From: Psychrobacter cryohalolentis K5
GTDB taxonomy: Bacteria > Pseudomonadota > Gammaproteobacteria > Pseudomonadales > Moraxellaceae
DNA: 32,000 nt
Assembly (NCBI RefSeq): GCF_000013905.1
Contig: NC_007969.1
Span: 600,001 to 632,000 of the forward strand
Reading direction: 5' to 3'
A model generated the notes under the pieces. The model saw only the letters and a program-made list of their open reading frames with translations, made no database searches and had not been told where the DNA came from. Below are positions 30,657 to 32,000 of the stretch, piece after piece (within the stretch, counting starts at the first letter, position 1; every line of letters starts with the position of its first letter). A program made the translations under genes and the position numbers.

Positions 30657-30700
30657 TTTAAAAAGCCAGCTTAAGATATTTATCTTAAACTGGCTTTTTT
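30657..30700. terminator. Bidirectional terminator between the DUF2127 gene and the convergent antiporter gene
   Basis: AAAAGCCAGCTTAAGATA tt TATCTTAAACTGGCTTTT: an ~18-bp inverted repeat with one mismatch, flanked by an A-run and a T-run. Confidence 0.85.
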
Positions 30701-30721
30701 ATAAATAACGTAATCTAAGAT

Positions 30722-31996
30722 TTATATATTGGCTGTTTTTTCATCAGTACGAATGCTTTTGGCGACCTTGCCTACACTTAACCCTTGTACCAGTATAGAG
30801 AATATAACGACTGCATAAGTTAGGGCCAATAGTATATCGCGTTCAGATCCTGTTGGGAGTTGCAATACTAAAGCAACTGAAATACCACCTCGTAGTCCAC
30901 CCCATGTTAGCACCTTCCAAGCCCCTGCTGGCAAGTCAAGTTGTCGATGAAAGGTTTTGGTGGTCATGCCGACCACAATAAATCGAGCAAGTAAGGCAAT
31001 CACAATCGTTAAAGCGCCAGCGATAAATAAATTGGCTGAATAAGCAATCATCACCACTTCAAGACCGATTAATACAAATAAAATTGCGTTCAAAATCTCA
31101 TCGATCAATTCCCAAAACAAATCAACATAATGGCGCGTCTTATCACTCATCGCTAGTGCTCGTCCGCGATTACCAAGCATCAGCCCCATCATTACCATTG
31201 CTAGTGGTCCCGATAAATGCCAATGACTGGCCAGCGCATAGCCGCCTATGACACCAGCAAGGGTCAATAGAACCTCTTCTTGATAGCTATCGATGCTTTT
31301 GAGCATGTAATATAAAATCGCGCCAAGTACTAAGCCAAAAATAATACCGCCACCAGCCTCGACTGCCAAGGTGTGCACCACATAATTGGCGGTTGGGATA
31401 TCACCACTCGATAAAATACCGAGCAGCAGTACAAAGATGACGACGCCGATACCATCGTTAAATAGCGATTCGCCCGCGATGACCGTTTCTATGCTTTTTG
31501 GGGCGCCAGCAGAGTCTAAAATACCCATCACTGCAATAGGGTCGGTTGGAGATATCAAAGCGCCAAATAGTAAGCACCATAAAAAAGACAGCTCGAAACC
31601 AAACAGCGGCAACATTAGATATAGAGCACCTGCAATCAGCAGTGCTGATACTAAAGTACCTATGAAAGCTAGAATGCCAATAGGCAGCTTATAACGTTTT
31701 AGATCACCAATATTGACGTGCAAAGCGGCAGCAAATAACAGCATAGACAGCATGCCATCAAGTAAGACTTCAGTGAAATCAAGCTGGCCTAATAGACTGA
31801 CTTCATAATCAATAAGCTGATCAAACCCTAAAAATCCTAAAAATATCGCCCCGATCGACAATAATATCGAGATAACCATTACACCGATAGTTGTTGGTAG
31901 GCCAATAAATCGATGGTTAACGTAAGTTAATAGGGCAGTGATAGATAAAAATATCGCGCTAATTTCGAGTATGGTCAGGCTGCTCGTAGGGTCCAT
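30722..31996 (-). CDS. Na+/H+ (cation:proton) antiporter, CPA1/NhaP-like
   Basis: 424 aa with about 11-12 hydrophobic segments. The ESLFNDG motif (the ND pair of electroneutral CPA1 exchangers) is present. The ATG at 31996 sits 4 nt from the window edge, so its upstream region is not visible. Confidence 0.85.
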   Translation of the reverse strand: MDPTSSLTILEISAIFLSITALLTYVNHRFIGLPTTIGVMVISILLSIGAIFLGFLGFDQLIDYEVSLLGQLDFTEVLLDGMLSMLLFAAALHVNIGDLKRYKLPIGILAFIGTLVSALLIAGALYLMLPLFGFELSFLWCLLFGALISPTDPIAVMGILDSAGAPKSIETVIAGESLFNDGIGVVIFVLLLGILSSGDIPTANYVVHTLAVEAGGGIIFGLVLGAILYYMLKSIDSYQEEVLLTLAGVIGGYALASHWHLSGPLAMVMMGLMLGNRGRALAMSDKTRHYVDLFWELIDEILNAILFVLIGLEVVMIAYSANLFIAGALTIVIALLARFIVVGMTTKTFHRQLDLPAGAWKVLTWGGLRGGISVALVLQLPTGSERDILLALTYAVVIFSILVQGLSVGKVAKSIRTDEKTANI

Positions 31997-32000
31997 AAAA

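Overview
The window reads as conserved core chromosome of an AT-rich gammaproteobacterium. Protein sequences and gene order look Moraxellaceae / Psychrobacter-like; this is my inference from memory, with no database search. About 95% of it is explained by housekeeping genes. From 5' to 3' these are: (1) The distal spc operon and the whole alpha operon: rpsH 3' end, rplF, rplR, rpsE, rpmD, rplO, secY, rpmJ, then rpsM, rpsK, rpsD, rpoA, rplQ. (2) yciO and an epmC-like gene on the minus strand. (3) yceD-rpmF and a reduced fatty-acid cluster (fabD-fabG, acpP) with no plsX, fabH or fabF. (4) kbp (BON/LysM), then divergent queG and nnr, then a DUF4124 secreted protein. (5) ilvI-ilvH-ilvC, a small orphan membrane protein, a cspA-family cold-shock gene, and etfB-etfA. 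(6) A SpoU/TrmH methyltransferase and fbp on the minus strand. (7) pyrB, a degenerate dihydroorotase-like pyrC', a DUF2127 membrane protein, and a complete convergent CPA1 Na+/H+ antiporter. I see no tRNA or rRNA genes, no CRISPR array, no transposase, integrase or phage genes, no toxin-antitoxin-like pairs and no defence-island architecture. My honest conclusion is that this is an ordinary core region, and I cannot support a claim of a novel multi-gene system. What is worth a second look is mostly non-coding or domain-level. The main items are a 174-nt structured spacer inside the spc operon (rpsH-rplF); a roughly 750-nt leader upstream of ilvIHC carrying small Leu/Ile/Val-rich ORFs; the PyrB / inactive-PyrC' pairing with visible loss of catalytic residues; an EpmC homologue with a roughly 100-aa N-terminal extension; and a long structured cspA leader driven by an extended -10 promoter. 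All interest scores are deliberately modest.
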